The notes under the pieces were generated by a model. The model was not told where the DNA came from, searched no databases, and saw nothing but the letters and a program-made list of their open reading frames with translations. Both the position numbers and the translations under genes were made by a program. A stretch of DNA of 61,325 bases, filler included. It is 4 parts of 4 records of this genome, joined end to end, with 100 filler letters (N's around TTAATTAATTAA, not from the genome) between each part and the next. Parts side by side here need not be neighbours in the genome. Positions count along the whole stretch, not along the records: positions 36,897 to 61,325 come from SRR2962707_3480; 3 more parts are not named here. The stretch is one strand, 5' to 3'. Positions within the stretch are counted from its first letter, which is position 1. Each line of letters begins with the position of its first letter. Below are positions 49,640 to 60,038 of this stretch, piece by piece.

Positions 49640-50911
49640 ATGGTGAAAACTAATATTATGCTCAGGTCCGCCTGCGCTGGCTCAGTTCTGGCACTTTGTA
49701 CCGCCACGTCCGCGTTTGCGGTCGATTTGGATTTCATGATCTCAGATGTTGATGGGAAGGCGAATATCATTGCAGAGTTCGCTGAGCGCTATAAAGCGGT
49801 CAACCCTGACGTGAATGTCACGCTGAACACAGTGGGCTATAACGTTATCCGCGAACAGCTGCCTGTTCAGCTTGAGGCCGGGACCGGCCCGGATCTTGCG
49901 TTCGTGACTGACTTGGGTGGGTTCAATCCGTTCTATGTCGATCTGACGCCTTACGTCGATGCGGCGGCTTGGGAAGCGGCCTATGGCGCGGTCTTGCCAT
50001 GGTATCGTGCGGGCATGCCCGGTGGCATCTATGGTTTCCATACCGAGATGACGGTCACAGGCCCTTACGTGAACTTGACGATGTTCGAAGATGCGGGCGT
50101 GGATGTTCCCGCCCCAGGAGCGACATGGGATGATTGGGCTGATGCCACCCGTGACGTTATGGCGGAAACCGGCTCATATGCCGGGATGGTCATGGATCGC
50201 TCTGGTCACCGTTTGGCTGGGCCTGCGATGTCTTATGGCGCGGCCTATTTCGACGATAACGGCGGTCTTGTGATTGATGAAGGCTTCGAAACCTTTGCGC
50301 ACAAAATGGTAGAATGGCACCAAGAAGGGTTGATGCCGCCAGACGTCTGGCCTGCTGTTTCCGGTTCGAAATACGCCAATGGCAACGAAATGTTCTTTAA
50401 TCAGGACGTCCCGTTCTACATGTCGGGCTCTTGGAATACAGGCAACGTTCAGAAAAACGTTGGCGACAACTTTGATTGGTCGGTTGTTCCAGTTCCCTGT
50501 GGCCCTGCGGGTTGCGGTGTCATGCCGGGCGGTGCCGGATTGGTGGCGTTTAAATCGGGCGATCCCGAGGTTGAGGCCGCGGCCGCTGGCTTTGTCGCCT
50601 GGATGGGCGAGATCGAACAGGCGAGAGAGTGGTACACACGGACTTATGCCATTCCTGCCAACGCGACGCTTCAGGCCGAAGGCCTAGACTATGCAAGTGC
50701 CGGAGCCACAGCCGGGGTCGCAAATGGTCTTCAGGCATTTACGGCTATGGCAGCCGTCGCTGCTGAGCAGACTCCGCAGGCCTATCAGCTGCAGGGGAGC
50801 CCAATTGGTTTCAAGATCTACAACGCCACAGTGGAGTATTTGTCCGCTGCGATGATCGGTGATCTGACTGTTGATGAAGCGCTCGACAAGATCCGCGAAG
50901 CCGTGAAGTAA
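49640..50911 (+). CDS. Carbohydrate ABC transporter substrate-binding protein
   Basis: Signal peptide, AGTGPDL, FYMSGSW; CUT1 SBP-like size and context. Confidence 0.9.
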   Translation: MVKTNIMLRSACAGSVLALCTATSAFAVDLDFMISDVDGKANIIAEFAERYKAVNPDVNVTLNTVGYNVIREQLPVQLEAGTGPDLAFVTDLGGFNPFYVDLTPYVDAAAWEAAYGAVLPWYRAGMPGGIYGFHTEMTVTGPYVNLTMFEDAGVDVPAPGATWDDWADATRDVMAETGSYAGMVMDRSGHRLAGPAMSYGAAYFDDNGGLVIDEGFETFAHKMVEWHQEGLMPPDVWPAVSGSKYANGNEMFFNQDVPFYMSGSWNTGNVQKNVGDNFDWSVVPVPCGPAGCGVMPGGAGLVAFKSGDPEVEAAAAGFVAWMGEIEQAREWYTRTYAIPANATLQAEGLDYASAGATAGVANGLQAFTAMAAVAAEQTPQAYQLQGSPIGFKIYNATVEYLSAAMIGDLTVDEALDKIREAVK

Positions 50912-50925
50912 ATCATATCCTTTTA

Positions 50926-50948
50926 CCGGGGCCACGCTTAGGCCCCGG
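50926..50948 (+). other. Hairpin after the SBP gene (mRNA-stabilising / partial terminator)
   Basis: CCGGGGCC-N7-GGCCCCGG. Confidence 0.65.
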
Positions 50949-50984
50949 CATTTCCCAGAACTTTTAAACGAACGGACAAGTGCC

Positions 50985-52409
50985 ATGTCAGTCGCCGGCA
51001 GCTTTTTGCTCGGAATTATGTTGTGTTGGGGGCTCGGTGGATCGCTTTGGCTTTTGACCACGCGCCGTTACAGGCTGACGCAAATTCCGCGTTTTGCGAT
51101 GGACTTGCTCGGGTTTCCGGTGGAACTGTCTCAAAGCGTCTTTGGACGAGGCGGCGTGCCTTACGCGCTGCTGTTGCCGAATATGCTGATCTTTGGGCTG
51201 TTCACCTTTGCACCGATGATCCTGAATTTCTATGTCTCCTTTACGGGGGGGCCATCCATCGTGTTGTTTGATCGACCATGGGTCGGTCTTGAGAAATACA
51301 GCGAGATCTTTAGCTGCGAGACATATCTGTCCCCAAAATCCTGCTTAAACGCGGGCTATAATTTCTTTACCGGCATGTACAACACGCTGTTATTTGTCGT
51401 GATCCAGGTGCCTATCTTATGCGCCGTGGCGCTTGTTACTGCCTTGGTTGTAAACCAGAATATCAAGGGTAGGGGTTTTTGGCGCGCGATGTTCTTTTAT
51501 CCTGTCATGCTGTCGCCGGTCGTGATTGCGAACATCTGGAATTGGGTGTTGCACCGTAAAGGCGTGCTAAATCAGGTTGTCGGTAGCTCCAGTGACGCAA
51601 TGACGGGTTTGGCCGGCATGGCCGGATTTGACATGATCGCCACTGTATTGATGGCTGTGGTCCTGATCGTTGTAACTGAACGGTCGGTTCGTGCAACCGC
51701 CGATCCGTCGGTCGCGTGGTCGAGCGTTTTTGCCGTCTTCTTTGCGCTGCTTTGTTTCTGGGCCAACCCGCTGAGCCTTTTGGGGCTCGAAGGCAGCGGT
51801 TTGCTTGGCGTGATCCTGGGCGGCGCATTGATCTGGATTGTTGCCTCCGGGAAAAGTTACGCCCGTGTCGCGATCATGGTGTTCGGCGCGATTTCGGCGC
51901 TGCTCTTACTGTCCATTCAATTTGACGCGGTCTTTGATTTTGGCCGCTATCGCCCGGTAAACTGGCTGGTGACGCCAAATACAGGGTGGCCGTTCTTTTG
52001 GCTGACCTTTGTTTTCTGCTGGAGCCACATGGGCTTCTATATGTTGATCCTTCTGGCGGGATTGCAGGCCATCCCGGCTGACCTTTATGAGGCCGCCAAG
52101 ATGGATGCGACAAAGCCAGCGCGGGCCTTTTGGCGCATAACTCTTCCGCTGGTCATGCCAACCTTGACGGTTGTGTTGATCCTTAGCCTTATTCGCAGCT
52201 TCCAGATCTTTGATGAGGTCTATCTGTTGACCGGTGGGGGGCCGGGGCGCGAAACCTATATGGTCGTACAAAACATCTATGAAGTCGCTTTTGCAAGCAG
52301 CACGCCAGACTATGGTCAGGCCGCGGCAGGGTCCGTTTTGATGGCCATCGTGATCGCTGTCTTCACCTTTTTCCAGCTGTGGTTGACCCGCAAACAATCG
52401 GATTTTTAA
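50985..52409 (+). CDS. Carbohydrate ABC transporter permease (with extra TM insertion)
   Basis: EAA loop GLQAIPADLYEAAKMD...ITLP; SFQIFDEV. Confidence 0.9.
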   Translation: MSVAGSFLLGIMLCWGLGGSLWLLTTRRYRLTQIPRFAMDLLGFPVELSQSVFGRGGVPYALLLPNMLIFGLFTFAPMILNFYVSFTGGPSIVLFDRPWVGLEKYSEIFSCETYLSPKSCLNAGYNFFTGMYNTLLFVVIQVPILCAVALVTALVVNQNIKGRGFWRAMFFYPVMLSPVVIANIWNWVLHRKGVLNQVVGSSSDAMTGLAGMAGFDMIATVLMAVVLIVVTERSVRATADPSVAWSSVFAVFFALLCFWANPLSLLGLEGSGLLGVILGGALIWIVASGKSYARVAIMVFGAISALLLLSIQFDAVFDFGRYRPVNWLVTPNTGWPFFWLTFVFCWSHMGFYMLILLAGLQAIPADLYEAAKMDATKPARAFWRITLPLVMPTLTVVLILSLIRSFQIFDEVYLLTGGGPGRETYMVVQNIYEVAFASSTPDYGQAAAGSVLMAIVIAVFTFFQLWLTRKQSDF

Positions 52410-52410
52410 T

Positions 52411-53493
52411 ATGGGCCGTGTTTCCAAATTTCTGACCCGCACAGCGGGCACCCATGACAAGGCTGAGCGGTTCGGGATCTCTGATTTCATTGCCTACGGC
52501 TATTTGATCTTTGGCGTTTTGATCATTCTTGTTCCGGTCATGTGGACCTTGTTCAGCTCAATCAAACCGGAGCGGGCGGTCAACAACTTTGACACCCGAG
52601 TCATGCCCTATTCGCAGATCGAAGTGGATGTTGACGGGATTGGGCCCAAAAGTCTTTGGATTTACACCGAAGAAGATGGGACCACGCAGGAGGTCTTTAA
52701 GGCAGGGCCGACCCGGAAAACCACCAATGTTGCGCCCATAGCCTCACCTGATGATGTGTTCGGTGTTCCGCGCGCAAATCTGGCTCCGGCAGAAGAGATC
52801 CGGGTCGCAACCGAGAACTATCTTGATCCGTTGCTCAAGCGAAACGGGCAAGAGAATTTCAGCTTTCCGACCTATCTGTTCAACTCGGTCTTTGTGACGG
52901 TGTCCGCCACGCTTCTTACGTTGTTAATCAATGCAATGGCGGCTTTCGCCTTGTCCAAATACCGGTTTCGAGGGCGGTTGACTTTTACGATCCTGATCGT
53001 TGCGACCTTATTAATTCCGCCGTCTATCATTCTGGTTTCGCTGTTTTTCGTCGTGTGGTCCTTTGGTATTTTCGGGTCTCTTTGGGGCGTCATTATTCCG
53101 GCGGCGGCAACGCCCACTGGAGTATTCTTGTTGCGCCAATACATGTTGACGATCCCGGATGAATTGCTCGAAGCCGCCCGCATGGATGCAGCCAGCGAAT
53201 GGCGTATCTTCTGGCGGATTGTCATTCCGCTGTCGCTTCCTGCGCTTAGCGTGCTGGCGATCCTCAGCGTGATATGGCGCTGGAATGACTTTTTATGGCC
53301 GCTGATTGTTCTGATCTCGGACCCAAACCAACATACGCTACAATTGGGGCTGACCCAATTCGCCGGCGAATTCAGTACTGATTTCCACTACATTCTGGCG
53401 ATGACGGTGGTGACCCTAATTCCGATCACGCTGGTCTTTGTCTGGCTGCAACGGTTCATCACAACAGGCATCGCAACAACGGGGCTCAAATGA
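52411..53493 (+). CDS. Carbohydrate ABC transporter permease
   Basis: IPDELLEAARMD; WRWNDFLWP. Confidence 0.9.
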   Translation: MGRVSKFLTRTAGTHDKAERFGISDFIAYGYLIFGVLIILVPVMWTLFSSIKPERAVNNFDTRVMPYSQIEVDVDGIGPKSLWIYTEEDGTTQEVFKAGPTRKTTNVAPIASPDDVFGVPRANLAPAEEIRVATENYLDPLLKRNGQENFSFPTYLFNSVFVTVSATLLTLLINAMAAFALSKYRFRGRLTFTILIVATLLIPPSIILVSLFFVVWSFGIFGSLWGVIIPAAATPTGVFLLRQYMLTIPDELLEAARMDAASEWRIFWRIVIPLSLPALSVLAILSVIWRWNDFLWPLIVLISDPNQHTLQLGLTQFAGEFSTDFHYILAMTVVTLIPITLVFVWLQRFITTGIATTGLK

Positions 53494-54572
53494 CCACACC
53501 GACCCACGCTCTCGAATTGCGCCAAATTCGCAAATCATTCGGCAAAGTGGACGTGATCCACGGCATCGATCTTGAAATCGAAGACGGCGAGTTTGTCGTC
53601 TTTGTCGGCCCATCGGGCTGCGGAAAATCCACTCTGTTGCGTTTGATCGCGGGGTTGGATGATCCGACGTCTGGCGACATTCTGCTGCAGGGCGACCGGG
53701 TGAATTCGGTGCCCGCGTCGGAGCGCGGTCTGTCGATGGTGTTCCAAAGCTATGCGCTGTATCCGCATATGTCGGTGCGCGCCAACCTGTCCTTTGGGCT
53801 TGAAAACCTGAATATGCCGAAGGAAGAAATCAACCGTCGTGTGGACGATGCGGCGCGGTTGTTACAGATCGACCAGTTGCTGACCCGCCGACCAGGGCAA
53901 CTGTCCGGGGGGCAGCGTCAGCGCGTCGCCATTGGGCGCGCCATTGTTCGGGAGCCGATCATCTTTTTGTTTGATGAACCGCTTTCAAACCTCGATGCGG
54001 AATTGCGTTTGCAGATGCGGGTCGAGATTTCAAACCTTCATGCCCAACTTGGCAATACGATGATTTACGTGACCCATGATCAGGTCGAGGCCATGACAAT
54101 GGCGGACCGGATTGTTGTGTTGAAAGGCGGTAACATTATCCAGGTGGGCAAACCTCTGGATCTGTATAATGCGCCAAGCAATAAATTCGTTGCCGGCTTC
54201 ATTGGAGCGCCGCAAATGAACTTCCTTGAGGGCAAGGTTGATGGGCGCAGATTGGAATTGAATTGTGGGCTAAATCTTGAGGCGCCGCTGATCAACGAAG
54301 CTTCCGGGGACATAACTCTGGGCGTGCGTCCCGAAGCGATTGCCGTGTCCTTGGAGGGCGAGGGGGACAGCCTCGTAACCGTGAAGAATTTCGAACAACT
54401 GGGCGCAATCACATACATCTACACAGAGTTCGACAATGGAGAGTCTCTGACAGTGCAATTGCCGCAGCAGATCCCCCTAAGTCGGGATCAGAAAATCGGG
54501 GTCAGCTTTGAGCCGCACAGCATTCATGTGTTTGACGGCGAAACAGAACAAGCTTTGGGCATTCAACGGTGA
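53490..54572 (+). CDS. Carbohydrate ABC transporter ATP-binding protein (MalK/UgpC type)
   Basis: GPSGCGKS, LSGGQRQR, FLFDEPLSNLD, YVTHDQ. Confidence 0.95.
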   Translation: MTTPTHALELRQIRKSFGKVDVIHGIDLEIEDGEFVVFVGPSGCGKSTLLRLIAGLDDPTSGDILLQGDRVNSVPASERGLSMVFQSYALYPHMSVRANLSFGLENLNMPKEEINRRVDDAARLLQIDQLLTRRPGQLSGGQRQRVAIGRAIVREPIIFLFDEPLSNLDAELRLQMRVEISNLHAQLGNTMIYVTHDQVEAMTMADRIVVLKGGNIIQVGKPLDLYNAPSNKFVAGFIGAPQMNFLEGKVDGRRLELNCGLNLEAPLINEASGDITLGVRPEAIAVSLEGEGDSLVTVKNFEQLGAITYIYTEFDNGESLTVQLPQQIPLSRDQKIGVSFEPHSIHVFDGETEQALGIQR

Positions 54573-55579
54573 GTCGCACAGCTCTAATCGGCGTTGGAAT
54601 GGTTGCGGGGACATATGCCTCTGCCATTCGGGCGAGTGGGCAGGTGAGTTTGGCCTTAGTGGCGGCGCGCCGTATCGCCAGCGCAGAGGGTTTTGTGGCG
54701 GCCCATCCTGACTTAGGGGCGCAGGTCGCGACGGTCGAAGACATTGCCGCCGATCCAACGATCGACTTTGCGATTGTGACGACGCCACCCAATGCGCGCC
54801 AAGAGATCGTCGAAATACTAAGCGCGGCTGGTAAGCCCATCTTGATGGAAAAACCATTGGAACGCGGGATCGCAGCGGCCACGGCACTTGTCGAAACCTG
54901 CAAGGCGCGGGATGTCCCGTTAGGGGTCATGTTACAGCATCGCGCACGCCCAATTGTGGCTGACCTACGCCGGGTTTTGCCCGATCTTGGGGCGTTACAT
55001 ATGGTCGAAGTCAATATCCCGTGGTGGCGGCCACAGGCGTATTATGACGAACCGGGGCGGGGCACGTATTCACGCGATGGCGGCGGTGTTCTGATCAGTC
55101 AGGCCATCCACACGCTGGATCTGATGCTAAGCCTGACCGGCCCGGTATCGCGCTTGTCAGCTATGTCGGCGACAACCGGATTTCACCAGATGGAAGCCGA
55201 AGATATGGTCTGCGCAGGCCTGAAGTTTGCCAATGGCGCTGTAGGACAGCTTTTTGCCACAACGGCGAGCTTTCCGGGGCGCGGTGAGACGATCACGCTA
55301 CATTGTGCCAAAGGCTCTGCCCATCTGGAAGCCGGAGAGCTGCGAATGTCCTATCAAGATGGCACTCAAGAAATCCTTGGTGCTGCGGCGGCCTCGGGGG
55401 CGGGGGCCGACCCCATGGCGTTTACCTCTGATTGGCATCAAACCGTCATTGAGGATTTTGCCGACAGCCTGAAACAAGGACGGCCACCGCTTATCCCTGC
55501 ACAAGAGGCCCTGGGCGTTCATAGCCTGATCACGGCTCTTGAAACCTCTGCCCGCGAGGGGCGCGAGATTTCCGTCTAA
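54569..55579 (+). CDS. Gfo/Idh/MocA oxidoreductase
   Basis: LIGVGMVA, TTPP, MEKP, DGGGVLISQAIHTLDL. Confidence 0.9.
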   Translation: MSRTALIGVGMVAGTYASAIRASGQVSLALVAARRIASAEGFVAAHPDLGAQVATVEDIAADPTIDFAIVTTPPNARQEIVEILSAAGKPILMEKPLERGIAAATALVETCKARDVPLGVMLQHRARPIVADLRRVLPDLGALHMVEVNIPWWRPQAYYDEPGRGTYSRDGGGVLISQAIHTLDLMLSLTGPVSRLSAMSATTGFHQMEAEDMVCAGLKFANGAVGQLFATTASFPGRGETITLHCAKGSAHLEAGELRMSYQDGTQEILGAAAASGAGADPMAFTSDWHQTVIEDFADSLKQGRPPLIPAQEALGVHSLITALETSAREGREISV

Positions 55580-55660
55580 TCCACACCAATTCTTGCGCGT
55601 TTTTCGCCGCTTAACCGTTCTGACATCACTTTTCAATCAGCCCCTCAGGAGCTTTGCCCC

Positions 55661-56665
55661 ATGCCTTTCAAACTCGGTGTTCTCGGGATCGACCACGGAC
55701 ATATCTTTGGAATGTTGTCGAATATGCAGTCTCAGGGCTGCCATTGTGCGGCCTATTGGACCGATGGTCCGGCTGTGACCGAGACAAAGTTTCGAGAAGT
55801 TTTTCCGGATTTGGAAAAGGTTACCGATTTCTGTGCAATTCTGGACGATCCCGAGATCAGCATGGTTCTGATCTCGGCCGTGCCCGCCGACCGCGCCCGC
55901 CTTGCGATTGCGGCGATGGAGGCCGGCAAGGATGTGATGGTCGACAAGCCGGGCTGCACGACATTGGAGCAGCTTCAGGCGATCCGTGAGGTTCAAGCGC
56001 GCACGGGGCGAATTTGGACGGTGAACTTCTCAGAACGTTTTGAAGTGCCAGCCATGACGCGTGTGGTCGATTTGGTCGAAGGCGGCGCCATTGGCCGTGT
56101 GGTTCAGACCATTGGTCTTGGGCCCCATAAACAGAACCTGAAAACCCGGCCTGACTGGTATTTCGAAAAGGACCGCTTTGGCGGAATTCTCTGCGATATC
56201 GGCAGTCACCAGATCGATCAATTCCTGTATCTCACAGGATCAACAGATGCGCGCGTCACCCATGCGTATATCGAAAACACAACGATGCCCGAACATCCCA
56301 ACTTTCAGGATTTTGGTGAGTTTGGCCTGCGTTCTGACCGGGGGCAAGGTTATGTTCGCGTCGACTGGTTCACACCGGATGGCCTGCCGACATGGGGTGA
56401 CGGGCGCCTATTTGTTCAGGGGACGGACGGCTATATCGAGGTGAGGAAATATACCGAAGTCGGTCACCCGCACAAAACCAATAACATCTATCTTGTGAAT
56501 GGTGAGGAAAACAGCCGCATCGACGGCAGTGATGCCGGGCTGACATATTTTTCCCGTCTGGCCGCAGATGTTCAGGATCGAACGGAAACAGCCGTGACGC
56601 AGGTCCATACTTTAACGACCATGCGTCTGGCGATCGAAGCTCAGTTGAAGGCAGAAAACTCATGA
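55661..56665 (+). CDS. Gfo/Idh/MocA oxidoreductase (YteT-like)
   Basis: GIDHGHI, VDKP, SERF, GGILCDIGSHQ, VDWFTPDGLPTWGDGR. Confidence 0.88.
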   Translation: MPFKLGVLGIDHGHIFGMLSNMQSQGCHCAAYWTDGPAVTETKFREVFPDLEKVTDFCAILDDPEISMVLISAVPADRARLAIAAMEAGKDVMVDKPGCTTLEQLQAIREVQARTGRIWTVNFSERFEVPAMTRVVDLVEGGAIGRVVQTIGLGPHKQNLKTRPDWYFEKDRFGGILCDIGSHQIDQFLYLTGSTDARVTHAYIENTTMPEHPNFQDFGEFGLRSDRGQGYVRVDWFTPDGLPTWGDGRLFVQGTDGYIEVRKYTEVGHPHKTNNIYLVNGEENSRIDGSDAGLTYFSRLAADVQDRTETAVTQVHTLTTMRLAIEAQLKAENS

Positions 56666-57729
56666 CCCGATCTGTTGTCATTGTAGGGGCCGGTATTGGT
56701 GCGTCTCATATGGCGGGATATGCCGCCTTGCCGGACCGGTTCACAGTGCGGGCCATTTGTGATCTGGACGAGCCGCGCGCCCGGTCGCTTGCTGACAAAT
56801 ATCCCGGTGTTGAGGTTACGACAGACATGACGCGCGCGCTTCAGGACCCGTCGATTGACATTATCGACATCTGTTTGCCGCCGCATCTGCATTTTGACGC
56901 CTGCATGCAGGCCTTGGATGCGGGCAAAATCGTTGTCTGTGAAAAGCCGATGGTGTCTTCACTGCAAGACGCTGACCGTCTGGCCGAGAAGGTCACGGAA
57001 ACGGGGGGCACGCTGTCTCCGGTTTTTCAATATCGTTATGGCCCGGGAACAGCGCAGCTTTTGGCCCTGATTGAGGCGGGTCTTGCCGGACGGTGCTATG
57101 CGGGCAGTCTGGAAACCCATTGGGATCGCCCGGCCTCATATTACGATATCGACTGGCGCGGCACTTGGGCCGGAGAGCAGGGCGGGGCCTTGCTTGGTCA
57201 CGCAATTCATATCCACGATCTGTTGCCTTGGGTGCTTGGACCTGTGGCTCGGGTGTATGCGGACCTTGCGACGCGGGTAAATGACATCGAGGTCGAAGAT
57301 TGCGGTGCCTTGTCGATCCGCATGAAATCGGGCGCTGTCATAACCTCGTCCGTGACTTTGGGTTGTGCAGAGAACATCAGTCGAATGCGCCTTATGTTCG
57401 AAGGGTTCACAGTCGAAAGCGACCATGCCCCCTATGCTTTGGCAGACAAGGATTGGCGCTTTGTCGCCCGAGACCCGATGACCCAAGACCGCATTGATGC
57501 CGTTCTTGCACAGGTCGGCACGGCGCGTTGTGGCTATGCTGGCATGTTTACGGCTTTGGCTGATGCGCTTGACGGATCACCCGGTCGCGAAGTCACCATT
57601 CAAGACGGTCGCAGCAGCTTGGAATTTGTAACGGCCTGTTACCACTCGGCACGAACGGGAAATGCCGTTGATTTGCCGATTGGTGCGGATCATCCGCTAT
57701 ATAAGGGCTGGTTACCGGACACCGTTTGA
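56662..57729 (+). CDS. Gfo/Idh/MocA oxidoreductase
   Basis: IVGAGIG, CLPPHLH, CEKP, GGALLGHAIH. Confidence 0.9.
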   Translation: MTRSVVIVGAGIGASHMAGYAALPDRFTVRAICDLDEPRARSLADKYPGVEVTTDMTRALQDPSIDIIDICLPPHLHFDACMQALDAGKIVVCEKPMVSSLQDADRLAEKVTETGGTLSPVFQYRYGPGTAQLLALIEAGLAGRCYAGSLETHWDRPASYYDIDWRGTWAGEQGGALLGHAIHIHDLLPWVLGPVARVYADLATRVNDIEVEDCGALSIRMKSGAVITSSVTLGCAENISRMRLMFEGFTVESDHAPYALADKDWRFVARDPMTQDRIDAVLAQVGTARCGYAGMFTALADALDGSPGREVTIQDGRSSLEFVTACYHSARTGNAVDLPIGADHPLYKGWLPDTV

Positions 57730-58040
57730 CCTGTGCCCTGACAGATTTTGGTGAAATAGAAAAAACATCAGTCAGATCGGCCCTTAAGGCCGGTCATAGC
57801 TCTTGATCGTCTTGCGCAATGGTGTCGTGAGGGCCAAGTAATTGGCATAAAATGTAAAAAATGAGCTCTCTTACAGTTTGGAAGGCCCATAGACACGGAA
57901 GTGCGCTGCCCATGATTTCTTCATAGTGAATGCTGCTTTTGATTTTTTGCCGATGATCTCCTATTGGTAAATCGATTATTCCGGTGGCACAATTCAATCT
58001 TAAGCGTGTCGGTGAACATGCCTTCCAAAGGAATACATTG

Positions 58041-58472
58041 ATGACTATCGCAACAGAAACACCTCCCGCGTCCTCCAACAGGAAGTGGCACATCGGCCTT
58101 TGGGTCGCTCAAATCGCACTGGCGGCGCTTTATGGGATGGCGGCCTACATGAAGCTTTTGATGTCCCCCGAAGAGCTTTTTCAAATGGGTTTGGCCTGGA
58201 TTAATGGCTCAACCATCACATTTGCCCGGATCATCGGCTTTTTCGAACTGCTTGGGGTCATTGGCCTTATTTTGCCTGCGGCGACAGGTATCTTGCCCAA
58301 GCTGACGACCTATGCTGCCATTGGACTGTTGATCATTCAGGTTTTGGCCATTTTGTTCCATATGGTGCGCGGTGAATTCTCTGTTCTGGGATTCAATATG
58401 ATCTATCTTGCCTTGGCCGTTCTGGTCGTTTGGGGTCGTCTTAAGAAAGCGCCAATCGCACCGCGCAGCTGA
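58041..58472 (+). CDS. DoxX family membrane protein
   Basis: LWVAQIALA, IGFFELLGVIGLILP, four TM segments. Start follows AAGGAA. Confidence 0.82.
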   Translation: MTIATETPPASSNRKWHIGLWVAQIALAALYGMAAYMKLLMSPEELFQMGLAWINGSTITFARIIGFFELLGVIGLILPAATGILPKLTTYAAIGLLIIQVLAILFHMVRGEFSVLGFNMIYLALAVLVVWGRLKKAPIAPRS

Positions 58473-58653
58473 CCCAAAGAACATGGCCGCGTCTCTCGAA
58501 ATGTGGCTTAGGCGCGTCGGGCGGGTCTGGGAAGAGTTGGTGACTGTTTTGTAGGTCCAGTGTTTTTGGTTTGGTCGTCGGCTTAATAACGATTTCTGGT
58601 CCGTCCGAGGCACTCTCAAGTGGATATCATCTCTGAGTGTGTCTGAAGCAAGT

Positions 58654-58689
58654 ATGGGCGCGGTTCAAAACGCGCCCATTTTATTTTTT
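58654..58689 (+). terminator. Rho-independent terminator between convergent DoxX and carbonic anhydrase genes
   Basis: ATGGGCGCG-N8-CGCGCCCAT followed by TTTATTTTTT. Confidence 0.75.
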
Positions 58690-58753
58690 GTCGGGGTGAT
58701 TGGCCGTAAGAGCGAGCAATTCACAACCGCACGAGTTCCTGATTTTTTGGGCT

Positions 58754-59623
58754 CTATTGCTTGATTGGCGACAAGAGCGCAGGATTTACAACAAGGTTGC
58801 GAACCCCATGAGCGTGGTCTTCGTCAAACCGGTTGTTTTCAAGCCAGGCACCAACAGAATGGATGTTTACATGAGCGACCTTTGGACGAACTGACCAAGT
58901 GACCTGAAAGGGGGACCCGGCTTCGTTATAGCTTGGGCCTGTGGTCGAGCCGGCATATACAACAGGGGCTCCCATGCCCTTTGGAATATTGGGAGCCTGA
59001 TAATACCCATCAACCATGCCGACTTGGGCCAATTGGATAAAGTCCATCGCGTGTTCGTCATTAACCAAAACGATCACCTGAGTTTCGACACGCAGTTGTG
59101 GATTGCCAATGGCTTCACTCAGGCAAGAACCGAGGGTTGGGCCGGGCTCAACTTTTGCTGTGGTGTGCACAAAGTGAACCTCGAGCGTATCACCGGGTTC
59201 CAGATCTCCGTGACCGTTTTCGCCAATAGGATGATCCAGCGGTGCGAGTTCTGCTGCCGTCAGTTCACCATCATATTCAAAGCCGGTGCCGTAACCATGT
59301 CCGTCCCCGTTGCCCGCATAATGTGAGAATTCTCCGCCCTTGTGCTCCGCATTTTCATGGAAATGGATGTTGCAGAGATTCATGGCTGTATGCTTGGGCG
59401 CATTCGCAAAAGCACGGGTGTTGGCCCCACTGAGCGTATTGATGTCGCGTGGCGACTGGGGGCCAAAACCGGCGCCTTTTGTGCTGGCGGCAAGAGCGGC
59501 GCGTTGCGCTGCAATCACGTCATCCGCAACAGAACCATGCGTGTCTCCACTGGCGAAAGCGCTGGTACTCAAAACTGCAATGGCTGTGACTGATGCAGCC
59601 ACGGTAATAAAGGGTTTAAACAT
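58754..59623 (-). CDS. Delta-class carbonic anhydrase (TWCA1-like), secreted
   Basis: Signal peptide, GPQSPRDI, NLCNIHFHENAEHK, GDTLEVHFVHTT, NPQLRVETQV, YAGSTTGP. Confidence 0.8.
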   Translation of the reverse strand: MFKPFITVAASVTAIAVLSTSAFASGDTHGSVADDVIAAQRAALAASTKGAGFGPQSPRDINTLSGANTRAFANAPKHTAMNLCNIHFHENAEHKGGEFSHYAGNGDGHGYGTGFEYDGELTAAELAPLDHPIGENGHGDLEPGDTLEVHFVHTTAKVEPGPTLGSCLSEAIGNPQLRVETQVIVLVNDEHAMDFIQLAQVGMVDGYYQAPNIPKGMGAPVVYAGSTTGPSYNEAGSPFQVTWSVRPKVAHVNIHSVGAWLENNRFDEDHAHGVRNLVVNPALLSPIKQ

Positions 59624-60038
59624 ATTTGTCTCCGTTCCGTAGAGAAGTGCGGAGACCTGTTGTTGATTTGCGCAGAATAGTGAGCATCCGCATTATGATG
59701 TCTCTCGCCCCTAGTTTAAAAATCTGGCATTCGCAAAGCGTCAGAAGTCAACCCTGCGTCAACATAATTTAATGCGCAACTGGAATTAGCTATGTGACTC
59801 GTAAATACATTTTTAGTCTTTTGTGCTTGATTGAGGCCATGAGTTTAAGGGGCTTCGATCTTCTTCTTAGGGTTGCCGTTCGTGGTGGAAATTGGACGTT
59901 TCTTACGTTCCGGATTCAAGCCAATTTTATCTGATGCTTTCCAGAATTAGTTCGCTGGTACAGCGCCGTATTGACGGTCATATGGGCGTCAATTTCCATG
60001 GCCACATCCGATGCAGGATATGGCCATGTCTGATCGGT

